Source: Eledone cirrhosa | Lineage: Eukaryota | Direction: 5' to 3' | Length of the DNA: 64,000 nt | NCBI GenBank assembly: GCA_964016885.1 | Contig: OZ024742.1 | Coordinates: forward strand, 173,228,001 to 173,292,000 | Shown: positions 39,648 through 53,892 of the stretch, one piece after another | Numbering within the stretch: position 1 is the stretch's first letter | How the letters are laid out: each line of letters begins with the position of its first letter | The notes under the pieces: generated by a model | What the model was told of the DNA's origin: nothing | The model's database searches: none | The model's input: the letters and a program-made list of their open reading frames with translations, nothing else | Program-made: the position numbers and the translations under genes

Positions 39648-41776
39648 ATGGATAAATACCCTTTGGACCACTCTGTAAAGAATATCCCAACACCTTCTAA
39701 CACTCTCTATACGAACATACTGATAGACAAAGTAGAGGGGGTTGTTAAGAGAATGAGATGGAAAGCTTTGATTCTCGATGGACAATTTAACACGGATTCT
39801 ACGGAATATTTTGACATCAAAACTCATAAATACCCGCAAAGAGTAAAAGATATGACCGCCTTTGAATTAGACCTAGTTAACCTAATCAACAACATCAATT
39901 TTCGTAAGTACTCTAACCCCTTTCAATCTAAATTATCTAACGATATTTTTACTTTCAAATCTTCTAATAATAAGTTCATCTTCTCCGATAAAACTAAAAA
40001 CCTATATGAAGTTAATAATAATTTACACGACCAACTATTAATAGATAATATCACCTCTAAATACCAAATAGCTAATATAAATACGTACCATAATATAAAT
40101 AAGGAAGCTAAAGAATTAGCTGTTTCTTTAAAAATAGATAATAGGACAGAAACACTTGCTAAACGTTCCGCGTATATCACCCTTAAAGATCATAAACCCG
40201 ACTTTATTAATCGTCCTAGTTGTAGATTAATCAACCCTGCTAAGACTGATATTGGTCTTGCCAGCAAAAAAATTGTAAATAAATTAAATACACATATTAG
40301 AAGTAAGTCTAAATTACTCCAATGGATAAATAGCTCTTCCGTAGTACGTTGGTTTAATAATATTAAAAACAAAATCAGTTCTAGATTCACCCAATTTGAA
40401 AATTATAGATTTCTACCCATCTATTACTCAGACCCTTTTAGTGAAAGCTTTAAATTTCGCTAGAGGGTTTACTAATATCTCCGATATTGAAGAGAATGTC
40501 ATCTTGCATGCTAGGAACAATCTACTTTTTAATGATAATGACACTTGGGTAAAAATATCTAACCCAGAGAACCCATTCGATGTCTCAATGGGCTCTTACG
40601 ACAGTGCCGATGTTTGTGATCTGGTCTGCCTATTCCTGTTAAAGAAAAATGTCCTAACCATATTTTTGGGCTTTATCGCGACGATGGTCTAATATTTTCC
40701 CATACCACCATAGGCCATAACTTAGATAGAATAAGGAAAGATTTAATAAAAACCTTCGCTAGTTTTAATCTTAAAATTACTATTGACACTAACCTTTCCA
40801 ACGTAGATTTCCTAGATATAAACCTAGATTTGCCTACTGCTTCTCATAAACCATACCATAAACCTAATGAAAACTTAAAATATATAAATAAAAGTCTTGC
40901 CATCCACCTATAGTTTTTAAAAACCTTATCCCTAATATTAGCCGTAGGATCTCCACCCTCTCTTCCTCAGAAGCTATTTTTAATAAGGCATCCCCCTACT
41001 ATAATAAAGCCCTCCAAAATAGCGGTTTTAGCGAACCGATTAAATACATACCTAACTATACTAACTCTATTAAACATAAAAATAGGAAAAGAAAAATAAT
41101 CTGGTCCACACCCCCCTACTCTCTAGCAGTTAAAACTAATGTAGGCAAAAAATTCCTTGAGCTCCTAGATAAACATTTACCTAGAACACATAGATACTAT
41201 AAGATCTTTAACAGAAACTGTGTTAAAATTAGCTATTCCTGCGGTCCCCCTATTAAGTCCTATATCCTCAACAAAATATCACCTAGAGAAAATCAAACTT
41301 GCTCCTGTAGAATCAAAAGTGAATGCCCATTACAAGGTAAATGCAACACCAAAGCCATTGTATATGCGGCTAAAGTGACAACCATCAGCAACAACCATCC
41401 AGCCACCAGTGAATGATATGTGGGTATGACGCAAGACAAATTCAAAACGCGTTATTACTCACATGTCGCATCCTTTCGACATCCAGAAAAAAGATTTACA
41501 ACAGCTCTGGCTAGCAGAATTTGGGATTTGAAAGACCAAGGCATCCAATATAAATTAGATTGGTCAATTTTGAACCAATCTAAAGAATATGCTAGAGGAA
41601 CAAGAAAATGCACGCTCTGCATAAATGAAAAATATTGGATATTGCAAAATCTAAAATCACCAAAGACCTGCCTGAACACAAAGACGGAAATTTTCACCAG
41701 TTGCCCACACATGAAATCACACCTGCTTTCCAGCTCATATAAACTTAACACACTTTCAGATACTCATCCTCCATAA
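39648..41776 (+). pseudogene. Naiad-type PLE RT-GIY-YIG, ~3 frameshifts and one TGA
   Basis: KNIP, MRWKA, SDKT, TLKDHK, RLINP, DFYPSI, MGSYDSA, GLYRDDGL, CSCR..CPLQGKC, IVY..YVGMT, CTLC and CPH. Confidence 0.95.
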
Positions 41777-42183
41777 ACTCTTATTATTCTCTTTTTAATT
41801 ACCCTTTCTGACTTACTTTCATTTTTATCCTTGTCAATAATTTCATTTATTTTTATTCTTATTATTTTTTTATTTTTAACTCACATCCACCCCCACCCCC
41901 TTTATTCTCCGATTCACTTTCCATTTTTTACTTCCCCTTTTTTTTACATCCCTTTTTTCTCCATTAACTGATTACACTTATCTTTTGTGTTTTTCAAGTC
42001 AGATATATTTTTCATTTTTATTTTTATTTTTTTATTTTTACGCAGCCAATATTACAATTTTATATTTGTACTTACTTATCCACAAGTTTTTTACACCCTG
42101 TATCAATATGGCTGTACGCCTTAATGTGTGTATACTTTTATATATGTACATGAGTGACTACGTATGTGCGCGTGCGTGCGTGT

Positions 42184-42214
<31 letters not shown>

Positions 42215-42985
42215 TATATATATGTGTGTGTGTGTATGTATATATTATGCGTATGTGTATGTGTCTTTATCTCCGTGTTTTTGACATCTCGGTTTTATGT
42301 TTTGTTCCGTTTTTCTTCTCCTCCCCTTTTTTTTTCTTTTTTTTTACTTACTCATTTTTATGCGTGTGCATGCAAACAGGTCAATATGCGTGTGTGTAAG
42401 TATGTGTGTGTGTGTATGTACGTATCGAACGTATGGATGTGTAAGTGCGCGTGTGTATATAAGCATGTATATTTTTGCGTTTCTTTTGTGAGACATGCGT
42501 GTCTGTATGTATGTACCCTTTTTTTGTCTTCTTTTCTTTAATTTTTTCTTTCTAAAATTTTTTCTTTCCAATTTATTGTTACATTTTTATAAATATATCG
42601 AGATTGATACTTTGCTTTAATTATTACACTCCCTTACCTCTTTTACTTCCGCATCTAAGTGTGCGTGTGTTTAGGTGTGTTTATGCGCGCGCCTTCATAT
42701 TCATATACTTATGATGTAACTATTCGGTCTGTAGATTACAGACATACAGATACATTTGCCCTAAATTTTAGATTTACACACACTTTTTCACTATACGTAT
42801 ACATATGTGCATACACATATATGCACATCTGTGAGCGTATATACATACATATACACAAACCTAACTATATTTCTTGATAGATTTTTATATATTTCAATTT
42901 CTAATTCATATGTCTATATCTTTTTTTTTTTTTTTTTTTTCTTGATGAGTTTTTCTAAGTACTTACCCATGTTTTATATTGCCTC

Positions 42986-43055
42986 GTCTGACGAACGAAT
43001 GAAGACGTTTCTTTCGTATTCGCCTCATTCGGGAAACCTCTGGTAATGAGGTAAT
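42986..43055 (+). ncRNA. type I hammerhead ribozyme (3' pLTR copy)
   Basis: Same sequence as 39359-39428, about 27 nt before the terminal (TA)n. Confidence 0.7.
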
Positions 43056-43077
43056 TATATTGTATTGATTTTTATAC

Positions 43078-43129
<52 letters not shown>

Positions 43130-43149
43130 CGTACGTATATATATATATA

Positions 43150-43179
<30 letters not shown>

Positions 43180-43180
<1 letters not shown>

Positions 43181-43539
43181 GTTGCATTTATCTTGCTTTA
43201 TGTTCATACGAGTTATCACCAAGTCACATCCAGTGACCTCAAGAGATAACAAGATCCGCCATGTTCAAGAAAGAACATACATACACACACATGCATCTTT
43301 AGTGTCTAGACTTGTGATGTACTTATATTGACAGAATCTTCCTTAGTATATGGGCAGTTCCCATTAGTACTATCTTTTGTATTTCTCCTATACGCGGGTT
43401 TCCTGGGATTTGCGATAAGTAATCATTAGACCCCTTAGGTATCATTCCCTGAGCGTTTACAACCACTGGTATTGTTTTAGTTATCAATTTCCACATTTTT
43501 CCAATTACTAGCTCCAGGTCCTTGTACTTGCTCAATTTT

Positions 43540-43543
<4 letters not shown>
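43180..43543 (-). mobile_element. R4/Dong-clade non-LTR retrotransposon 3' fragment in (ATT)n
   Basis: KLSKYKDLE..MWKL..IPVVV..QKIVLMGTAHILRK is a typical RLE-domain C-terminus. (ATT)n on both sides fits the known TAA-repeat targeting of Dong elements. Confidence 0.85.
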
Positions 43544-43575
<32 letters not shown>

Positions 43576-43770
43576 GGGGCGGTTGATTGGCAGTATCGGT
43601 AGAGGGTCGTACGCCATGCTTTGAAGCACAGTTACGTCCCTTTACGGACTGAGTTCAAATCCCGCCGAGGTTAACTTTGCCTTTCATCCTTACGGGTTCG
43701 ATAAAATAAAGTACCAGTAATACCCTGAATAATTGCTGGCCTTGTGCCAAAAGTAGAAACAATTATTATT
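43576..43770 (+). mobile_element. full-length Nin-domain tRNA SINE (reference copy)
   Basis: A-box-like TGGCAGTATCGG, B-box GAGTTCAAATCC, core GCCTTTCATCCTTACGGGTTCGATAAAATAAAGTACCAG and (ATT)n tail. More fragments at about 548, 12626, 51295, 52760, 54205 and 59960. Confidence 0.88.
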
Positions 43771-43899
43771 ATGATTATTATGTGAGTAACTTGTGCTTAC
43801 TAGCGGCGAGTCTGGTAGAAGTACTCGAGGCTACTTCTGGGTCTGTCTCTCGTTAGCTTGTGCTCCAGGTTTAAGGCGGTTGTAATTTGAAGAATGTGT

Positions 43900-44205
43900 A
43901 TAACATGAAAATAAGGATTGCAGTGTTTGTAAACTTTATTGCATATTACAATACAATTTGCACGAGATTGATTATATGATCGGATCTCGACTCCTAATCG
44001 ACATTTCTTCATGTATGAGGGTTTGTATGGGTGTCCCATCCAAATGTTTTAGATGGGACGACCCATGCAAACTCTCATATCTGAAGAAGTATTGATTAAG
44101 AGTCAGGATGATTTCGCAAGATCAGACACTAGCTTATGGATACGGCAACAATTGTAATATGAAATAAAATTTACAAAAGCTGCAATTCTTGTTGTCACTT
44201 TATAT
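43900..44205. repeat. diverged palindrome with HHR remnant (44076-44161, plus)
   Basis: Arms around about 44045 (GTCCCATC/GATGGGAC). CATAT-CTGAAGA..GCAA-CAATTG-TA-ATATG. Confidence 0.65.
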
Positions 44206-44206
44206 T

Positions 44207-44289
<83 letters not shown>

Positions 44290-44369
44290 TATATATATAT
44301 ATATACATACGTATATATATATATATATACATTTATATGTATGTGTATATATATATATACATTTATATG

Positions 44370-44407
<38 letters not shown>

Positions 44408-45827
44408 TTAGAGATATACTTCACTGCTTTACGATCGTGTCTAGATGATAGCTATATTTACTGTGGATACCTCTGTGTATATATATATATATAAAAATAT
44501 ATATATTATTCTCCGAGATTTAATAATTAAGTAATTAATTTATTTAGACAATTCTGTTGATTGGTTAATTATTTGTGTTTGTTTTATAACATCTAGTCGA
44601 GATCTTATCATTATGATTAGCGGAAATAAAAATATTTCCTCTGTCTAACATTTTGAATGACCCGCCAAAACTCGGGGGTTATTTCCTTTGGTGGAATTAA
44701 CACGTGAGAGCTATAGATACGATACGCTGCACCTAGCAATAACATTTAGCCTATCACCCCTGTTCTGGGTAGAACGAAAAGCCCTTTGAAAATCTGAATC
44801 CTTCGTTCGATCATGAATACCACGAGCTTGCTAATCACATAAGTCTAATATTTGATTTCGGATTCAAAGAAACACTTTAAACTTATAATCTTTTGATTTG
44901 TCCAGGTGTATTTTTCTCAACCTGTTAGTTCTATCGTTACTTTGGTATATTATTGTGTGTTAGATTTTGCATACCACAATGTTCGATTTGTCAAGCTATT
45001 TAAACGTATGTTATTACTCTAAGGACCTAACTTGTCGAGTGCTTTGCTAACTAATCATTTCATATAAGTAGCCCAAATTTGCTTGCAAACCGCAATAGAT
45101 TCGATTTTACTAAATTTCCAATTATATATATATATATATATATACAGGAAGCCTGTCAAAATTCTGAATAATAGCTTTACGTCTGGGCGGATGTGAAAAA
45201 TTGTCAGTGTGTTACATATCACTGTCTGTCTATCTTCTTATGGTAGAGGGACAAAGAAAAGCCAGTAACAATAAACACAAATAAGAATAGGAAATTTGAA
45301 CATATATGTGATTGTATATTTTATTTATACTCAAATATATATGTTTATGTGGGCAGATAGATGAAAAGAGTGCTTACCAAAGGAATATCAATTTCCAATT
45401 ACTGCTATATTTCTTTAAAATGATCACACAAATGCCCTTTAGGTTTATACGCCTGATGTCCTTTCCATGACATTGTAGAAAATAATGGCTTTTGGTTGCG
45501 TCGGAACAAGCCATCATAAATATCGCTGTCTCATGAGCCAAAGCTCCTGACCTAATGCGTGTAATATAGTTAGGTATCCTACTGCTATCTCTTTTATTCA
45601 ATTGTTTGTGGAATAATCAGGGATGATCTTTTCTATGGGAAATTTTGACATCTGGGAAATGTTGGAGTATTTAAAAGTGGAAATTCTTAGGTTGGGGTCA
45701 ATTGGGATATGTTTCTGATCTTCTATTAAAGAAATCATAGTTTTGTTCTAGATAAGGATTTTTCAGATAAGAATTCAACAGATTTGTACAACCTGTCATG
45801 TGTGTCCTATGATTTTTAGATGACGTA

Positions 45828-46380
45828 CTAGATAGCAGCAGCACTTTAAAAGCTTAAGACCAGGTGGATGACAAACAAAAATAGCCCTCAGCTCAAATAT
45901 CAGACAGGCGCGCTCTCTGGTCATGTCCATATTCTTGTATACCTGTGAGTCTTGGACAATAATAGCGAATCTGGAAAGAAGGATACGGGTTATGGAGATG
46001 AAATACTACAGAAATCTTCTTAGCATCACCTAGAGAGACCGCATCCCCAATGAAGAGGTGCGAAACAGAATTTGGCAAGCCAACGGTCCCTACGAAGACA
46101 TACTGATCATTGTAAAAAAACGCAAAATGGGATGATACGGCCACGGGACAAGATCTTCAGAACTTGCCGAGACTGCCCTGCAGAGAACCATGCAAGGATA
46201 GAGGAAGAGAGCTTTGTAGAAAAATAGATGGGAGAACAACATCACGGAATGGACAGGCATGAAAGTGTGTGCAACCATGATGAGGGCGAAGAGGCGAGAG
46301 GAATGGGTGAGGTGATTTCCAGGTCATCTATGGCACCCCAACTGTCTAACAGTTCACGGGACCGATGACAGATGAGAGAT
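45828..46380 (+). mobile_element. RTE-clade LINE 3' fragment
   Basis: Manual translation SLVMSIFLYTCESWT..MEMKYYRNLLSI..NEEVRNRI..YGH..WENNITEWTG, with stops. Confidence 0.85.
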
Positions 46381-46427
46381 AGTTAGATCGCAGTATATGA
46401 GATGCCAGCCCAATTGAGAGAGACTGG

Positions 46428-46490
<63 letters not shown>

Positions 46491-46501
46491 CTATGTGTGT
46501 G

Positions 46502-46558
<57 letters not shown>

Positions 46559-47103
46559 CTACGTATCTATGTAGGAATGGTTTCTTGGTGAGGAGGGTGA
46601 CTTTGGACATCATGCAGGACTAAAAACAAAGCCTGTCAAAGGGCAAAGGAGCTCTTAAGAGTCAATGGCCATCCAGAATTACTGGGAGAGATGACCCCTT
46701 AGCCTTTGTGAAGGCAAAATTCTAGGAGAAGAAAACTCTGATATAACACCTGCAACCCTGATGGTTTCCAATGATGTTGACTTGTTCTTCTTTTTGGTAA
46801 ATACCATCTTGGTTAAGAGAGTGGGGCTGGCTTTGTGCAGTGCCTTTGCTCACTATAACAACTTCACGACACAGGCATTGCTTTATATCTGGAGATCTCT
46901 CTGCACTTGTCGTCACATGGTACCATGGGCCCAGCACTATGTGTCAATAATTGTCACAAGTGTAGTGTTTGTACCAGAATTTTCAAGTCGCTGGCTGTAC
47001 TAAAAAGTCACAGACGTTCAGCGCATCGGTAGGGGTTCTCCTACATGGATATAAAGTAGTGGCCATACTCGAAAACGCGTTGGCAGCCACCATGTAGGAA
47101 TGG

Positions 47104-47142
<39 letters not shown>

Positions 47143-47599
47143 TTTATATACGTGTGTGTTTCATGTATATACAACATTGTACGCATCTGATTAGATAAGC
47201 GTGTTTATATCGTTGAAGCTGCAGAAAATGCAAATATACGGGGAGATGTTGAGGGGTGCGGGTCTTGAAATTGTTCGCTATACATATTTGATAGCATAGT
47301 ATTGAAAGATTGAAGCATAGTATATAGGAATCAACACGGGAGAGCAACTGGTGTTCATTGCTGTACAATGAAGAGCTATTCAATATAAGTGTTGTCCTAG
47401 ACTGCAGTACGACCTGTGGAATGTGAAGATCTCTCACACAGTAGGGTACTTATGAAAATGAGATTTTAAGAAATATTTTGTTGTGTGGCTTCTTGATTGC
47501 GGAATTATACCGAACGATGTAGCTAATTCACTTACGTATTTTCATATATATATATAAGGGAAATATAAATAAATAAATAAATAAATAGATATATACACA

Positions 47600-48050
47600 A
47601 TGACAACGCAATCCGGAGATCTGAGCGGCAACACACCTTCGAGCTGTAACAGTAGAAACCCCAGTAACTGCCCCCTGGATGGCAAGTGCCTTAGCAGTGG
47701 CATAGTATATGAATGTAGGGTGAGTGCCAACAACAAAACCTTCACCTATATCGGAGCCACGGCTAATAAAGTTAAGGAACGCTGTTACAATCACTGCAAC
47801 ACATTTAGGAGAGCTGATAAGAAATACAGCACCGCCCTCTCAGAACTGATGTGGCGTCTCAAACATGATAACTTAGAACTTAGAATACACATTGTCGTGG
47901 TCCAAGGTAACCTCAGCCCAACCCTACAGAGGGGGTGGACATGACTCATGCAATTTGTTTGTCACCGAGATTATGGAAATAATAGAGAGGGGAGCTTGAG
48001 TTATAAATTAAAGGAGTAACCTCTTCAGCACCTGCCTCGACAAATCATGT
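47600..48050 (+). pseudogene. Naiad-type PLE GIY-YIG fragment
   Basis: SCNSR..CPLDGKCL..IVYEC..TYIGAT..KER..NH..STALS..W. Starts next to a TA-rich tract. Confidence 0.88.
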
Positions 48051-50015
48051 GGAACCTTCCTCAAACTGTATGGACTAACAACATAGTTGTACTAGTTGAG
48101 GACTATTGTAAGCTTGACCGTGGGAGCTGGGCGTGGCCACACAACAACCCCAGCCTCAGGAGAACGCTGGATAACTTGTTTGCACACCTGAAGTCTCTGT
48201 GTGTACATGTTTCATGTCCCTTGTTCCTTATTCTCTGTTTGTATACCTACTGTTGTTTTTAACTATATTTGTCCTGTTATTTTATTATTATGTTCTATAT
48301 ATGTGATCTCGAATTCTTATCTGCATGTTCCTGTCCCTACTTTCGCTTCCCATCACTCTCTTCCCTAATCTAACAGCTCTTTTAGTAGTATTGATGCCAC
48401 TGTAGTTACAACTGAATGCTATTGTGGTTAGTTGTTTTTTCTGCACGGTAATTATTGCTAGCCTTGTGCCTTAGAGCCATAGGGAGGACTGTATTAACTG
48501 TGCATGTGTTTATTTATATATGTAAATATCCATTTATCTTGACACTGTTTTCCTGTGTTTTTCATCGAAAACATGTTGAATACATCTTCTATTTTCATTA
48601 TATTTGGATTACATTGAGTTCTCCATAAGAATTGGGCACTACCGAATATTTTGGTAGATTTATCTACATAAATATCCATCTATATTTCTGTCGCATTTTT
48701 CGCTTCCTTGTTTCAACGGACTACTATTGTGGTTAGTTTGTTTTTTCTCTGCAGAGACTTGTGACCTTGTGCCTTTGGATAGAAGGAGGCCTTTTCTTGT
48801 TGCCGCTGTCACCATGTTGGGCTCATCACTTGTGTTATTGTTGTTATTGTTGTTGGTGTTACCACTGTCTGGCTCCCGGGTAATGGGTGCCCACTGCTGT
48901 TGACATGCTACTAATATCAATGATACCACCACTACTACAACGACCGGAGTAGGTAATGGACTGTGTTAATGTTGGTTACTATTGTTGTTGTTGCTCTATA
49001 TAGTCATGGTCATAGATGCCACCAATTCTGTGTATCCACCTACCTCAGAAATCCTTTTATTGCTGTGGTGTTATCGTTGTTATTGACGGCGGGTGATACT
49101 GTCACTACGACTGCTACGGCATATGTACACGACGCTGGTCTGTGTTTTGGCAGTTGTTGTCGTTGTTGCTGTTGTTGTCACTGTTTACTGTAGCTGTGGC
49201 TTTCGCTGTTGTTGTCAGTAGGGTAATCATATCACTACGACTGCTGCGGCCAGTGTGGACGACATTGGTCGACGCTTTGCTGTTATTGTCGTTATTCTTG
49301 TTGTCGTTATCGTTGCTGCTGTTGTTGTTGTTGTCGTCTTAAGGTGGTTGTCAACACAATATATACCTCACCCGCCCTCAGAGGACCATTTATTGCTTCC
49401 ACTAACTACTGGGTTTTGGCTACACACAGGTTTTTTTCGTTTTTTTCGTTCATACATTTTTCTAGCAAACACGAAGGCTGGCAAACCCTTCGGCTGGGCA
49501 CACAAGTAATAGGACGTGCATTTGTTCCTGCCAGTGACATATCAAACATATCGGATATCATCCGAGGATACTGTCCTCATAACAACAGCAAATGCATGAA
49601 GGGCATTTCGATTGCATGGGGAACCGTGGAAATAATTATAATGATTAAACGATATATGTAACGTCAGCATCTTACTTCGATCCACACCGTGGGAAAATCT
49701 TTCCTCGCTTATTTTTCGCACGGTTAGGATGTGTCTTGCGTCTTCTCGTCAATATTTGCAAGTTCTTATGTTCATAAGAATCATTGACTTGATTTTCTCA
49801 TTTTTTCCTCTCTTTACGTTGCCTCACCATTCGTGTTTGTTTACCTGTCTCTCTTTCTCCACCCAGATTCTTTTTATCCCATTAACTTATTTTAGTTATT
49901 GTTCGCGCTAGCCTGAGGTACCTAGTCTTTAATGCGAATAAATACCTATGATGGCTAGTAGACCACTGATGATGTATAGTCCTGGATTCTATTTCTAATT
50001 CTTCATTTTAATTTG

Positions 50016-50176
<161 letters not shown>

Positions 50177-50853
50177 GGAGGGGCGGGATTGGATATAAAT
50201 ATATATATTTATATAAACACATAGGCGCTTATATATTTATATGCATATATGTATACATGTTATCTATATGATGTGTGTATTTATTTGTGTTGCTTGATCT
50301 CGTTTAGGTATTTGACTATAACATGATATTTATGTGTTTCAACGTACGTATATACAGTTATCCGCATGAATATGTGGGGAAGCATAAGAGATTCGGAAGG
50401 AATTCGCGCGTACGTTATATATGATAACACGCGAATCACTTCACATATATATCAGTATGTGTTTGAAGGAGAGAAGGAGAAATTTGCTGTGTGTATACAT
50501 GTTCGTATCTGCGAAAAACAAGCCATTAAACGTTAGAAAAGATAAGTGGATTTATTCAAAAATATAAGACATGCCTATGAAAATTTATTACTCGTCCATT
50601 ACTTGAAGCTATTTAGGTACATTAGTATTGCTCAGAGTTGATGCTGAGATTTTACGTTCTTTCGTTAAAAAATGTGCAGAAGATTGAAATGTGGTCGAGA
50701 AGTGGAATTTTTTATTGGATCTGCTTTTAATTTCTCTTGTGTATATTTTAGTAGTTCTTTTACGCAATGAATCAATATATGCATTGACTTTGTATATATA
50801 GTCATTCACACATACATACAGACATACACACATATATATATATATAGACACAC

Positions 50854-50937
<84 letters not shown>

Positions 50938-51869
50938 TGTGCGTGTGCGTGTGTATATACAGATATTCATGAGGTAACAGATGGGGAACACGAAGTATAA
51001 ACAGTTTTTCTCGTTCGACACGTGTCTGAAAACGTATATTTGTAGAAACACGTGTCAGATAAATAATGTGATATCATTTTATTCTTGTTTTTTACTGCAT
51101 TATATGTTTATGTGCTATAAACCACAATATTCATAACACTTAGCGAATGTATTTAAATATGGTTTCTTAAAAACGCTTATGGATTATACTAGTGATATGA
51201 TGATGTGTCTATTAATGTTGATTACTAATTTACATTGTGCTCGAATTATTATCGGTATAAAACATAGTATGCCATAATTATTCAAATACTTCCGTGGTTA
51301 ACATTGCCTTTCATCCTTACGGGGTCGATATAATAAAGTACAAGTAATACATTTGGGTAATTGTGTGCCAAAAGTAGAAACAATTATTTACCTTTCTCAT
51401 TCATATATCTATATGCACGCTGCATGCAACACACACTCATGCAAAGATATATCAGTTCACCTCTCCATTAGTAAGATAAGTTAACCTCAATGTATTTTTT
51501 CCATTCTTTCTTCGGGGGCGAATAGTTATAGAAGCAGAGCATTTATAATTCAAATTCCAGTAAGACCAACGATTAAAGTTATTGTTTTTATTTGTGATTC
51601 CCAGAGAGATATCGCTTGAGGTCAAGCACCTATGTGGAGTTAATTAACTGAACATTTTTTGTTTTCTCCACTATGGGTGTATAATTTCTGGCTGTATTGA
51701 ATCGTTCGTAGATGTGTAAATGAAAAAAAAAATATTAATCTTTGATATTATTGAATTTTGAAACACACACGTACACAGACACACACATACACACAAACAC
51801 CTACACACACACACGTACTCGCACACACACACACGCAGACACGCACGCACAGACACACACACACACATA

Positions 51870-52135
51870 CATGTGGAGGCACGTGGCCTGGTGGTAAGAG
51901 TGTTGGACTTACGATCATAATGTCGTGACTTCGATTCTTGAGCTGCGTGTTGTGTTCTTGAGCGAAACAACTTATCTTACGTTGCTCCAGTATACTCAGC
52001 AATAGGTGGGGGTTTACCTTTGCGGTGGACCGGTGTCCTGTCCAGAGGTGAGTCTTGTAATCTAGGTCGCTTGACTCCATGAAACCGGGATAAGCACCGG
52101 CTAAATGAGCCTTCTGGCTTAAAAGATGCTTTAGA
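51870..52135 (+). mobile_element. tRNA-derived SINE, second family (copies also at ~53357 and ~54804)
   Basis: A-box TGGCCT(A/G)GTGG, B-box-like ACTTCGATTC and body TGTTGTGTTCTTGAGC..GAAACCGGGATAAGCACCGGC. Confidence 0.75.
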
Positions 52136-52229
52136 CTTTTGTATACGTATATTTAATATATATATATATATATATTAGTGAAATATTGAAGAATAACGTG
52201 GTCGGCTGTACAAAAAGGATTTTATTTCT

Positions 52230-52342
52230 AGTATTAACAATCGTTTCGTTGATCAGGTGTGTCTAAAGGCCGGTAATCGCTCAAAGTTGTGTCACTCGAC
52301 CTTACATACAGTGCTTGCCTCTGATCAAAGCATCGGAATACT
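52230..52342 (-). ncRNA. hammerhead-like motif with long stem II insert (also 53717-53829 and 55222-55334)
   Basis: AGTATT-CCGATGC-T TTGATCAG..~60 nt..CTGATCAA C-GAAA-CGATTG-TT-AATACT. Confidence 0.6.
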
Positions 52343-52348
52343 GCCGGA

Positions 52349-52403
<55 letters not shown>

Positions 52404-53835
52404 TGCGCGTGTGCGTGTGTATATACAGATATTCATAAGGTAACAAATGGGGAAGACGAAGTATAAACAGTTTTTCTCGTTCGACACGTGTCTGAAAACG
52501 TATATTTGTAGAAACACGTGTCAGATAAATAATGTGATATCATTTTATTCTTGTTTTTTATTGCATTATAAGTTTATGTGATATAAACCACAATATTCAT
52601 AACACTTAGCGAATGTATTTAAATATGGTTTCTTAAAAACGCTTATGGATTATACTAGTGATATGATGATGTGTCTATTAATGTTGATTACTAATTTACA
52701 TTGTGCTCGACATATTATCGGAATAAAACATAATATGCCATAATTATTCAAATACTTCCGTGGTTAACATTGCCTTTCATCCTTACGGGGTCGATATAAT
52801 AAAGTACAAGTAATACATTTGGGTAATTGTGTGCCAAAAGTAGAAATAATTATCTACCTTTCTCATTCATATATCTATATGCACGCTGCATGCAACACAC
52901 ACTCATGCAAAGATATATCAGGTTATAATGTGTCAGTTCACCTCTCCATTAGTAAGATAAGTTAACCTCAATGTATTTTTTCCATTCTTTCTTCGGGGGC
53001 GAATAGTTATAGAAGCAGAGCATTTATAATTCAAATTCCAGTAAGACCAACGATTAAAGTTATTGTTTTTGTTTGTGATTCCCAGAGAGATATCGCTTGA
53101 GGTCAAGCACCTATGTGGAGTTAATTAACTGAACATTTTTTGTTTTCTCCACTATGGGTGTATAATTTCTGGCTGTATTGAATCGTTCGTAGATGTGTAA
53201 ATGAAAAAAAAAATATTAATCTTTGATATTATTGAATTTTGAAACACACACGTACACAGACACACACATACACACAAACACCCACACACACACACACTTA
53301 CTCGCACACACACACACGCAGACACGCACGCACAGACACACACACACACACACATACATGTGGAGGCACGTGGCCTAGTGGTAAGAGTGTTGGACTTACG
53401 ATCATAATGTCGTGACTTCGATTCTTGAGTTGCGTGTTGTGTTCTTGAGCGAAACAACTTATCTTACGTTGCTCCAGTATACTCAGCAATAGGTGGGGGT
53501 TTACCTTTGCGGTGGACCGGTGTCCTGTCCAGAGGTGAGTCTTGTAATCTAGGTCGCTTGACTCCATGAAACCGGGATAAGCACCGGCTAAATGAGCCTT
53601 CTGGCTTAAAACATGCTTTAGACCTTTGTATATGTATATTTAATATATATATATATATATATTAGTGAAATATTGAAGAATAACGTGGTCGGCTGTACAC
53701 AAATGATTTTATTTCTAGTATTAACAATCGTTTCGTTGATCAGGTGTGTCTAAAGGCCGGTAATCGCTCAAAGTTGTGTCACTCGACCTTACATACAGTG
53801 CTTGCCTCTGATCAAAGCATCGGAATACTGCCGGA

Positions 53836-53892
<57 letters not shown>

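Larger units (their letters stand above)
37341..43080 (+). mobile_element. full-length decayed Naiad-type PLE with 5' partial tandem copy and inverted 3' UTR arm
   Basis: 37341-38569 is the inverse of about 41788-42965. 38566-39450 repeats 41523-43080 with an internal deletion. (TA)n at both ends. Confidence 0.93.

Noticed and set aside
41414-41416. In-frame TGA in the Naiad GIY-YIG domain as selenocysteine (some Naiads are selenoproteins)
   Set aside because: It aligns with a non-Cys position before YVG, the copy has several frameshifts, and I see no SECIS element.
49965-50000. CTGATGA as a hammerhead (likewise 1728-1735, minus)
   Set aside because: No correctly placed GAAA or stems.
51870-51945. 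tRNA gene
   Set aside because: A/B boxes continue into a SINE body and there is no complete cloverleaf.
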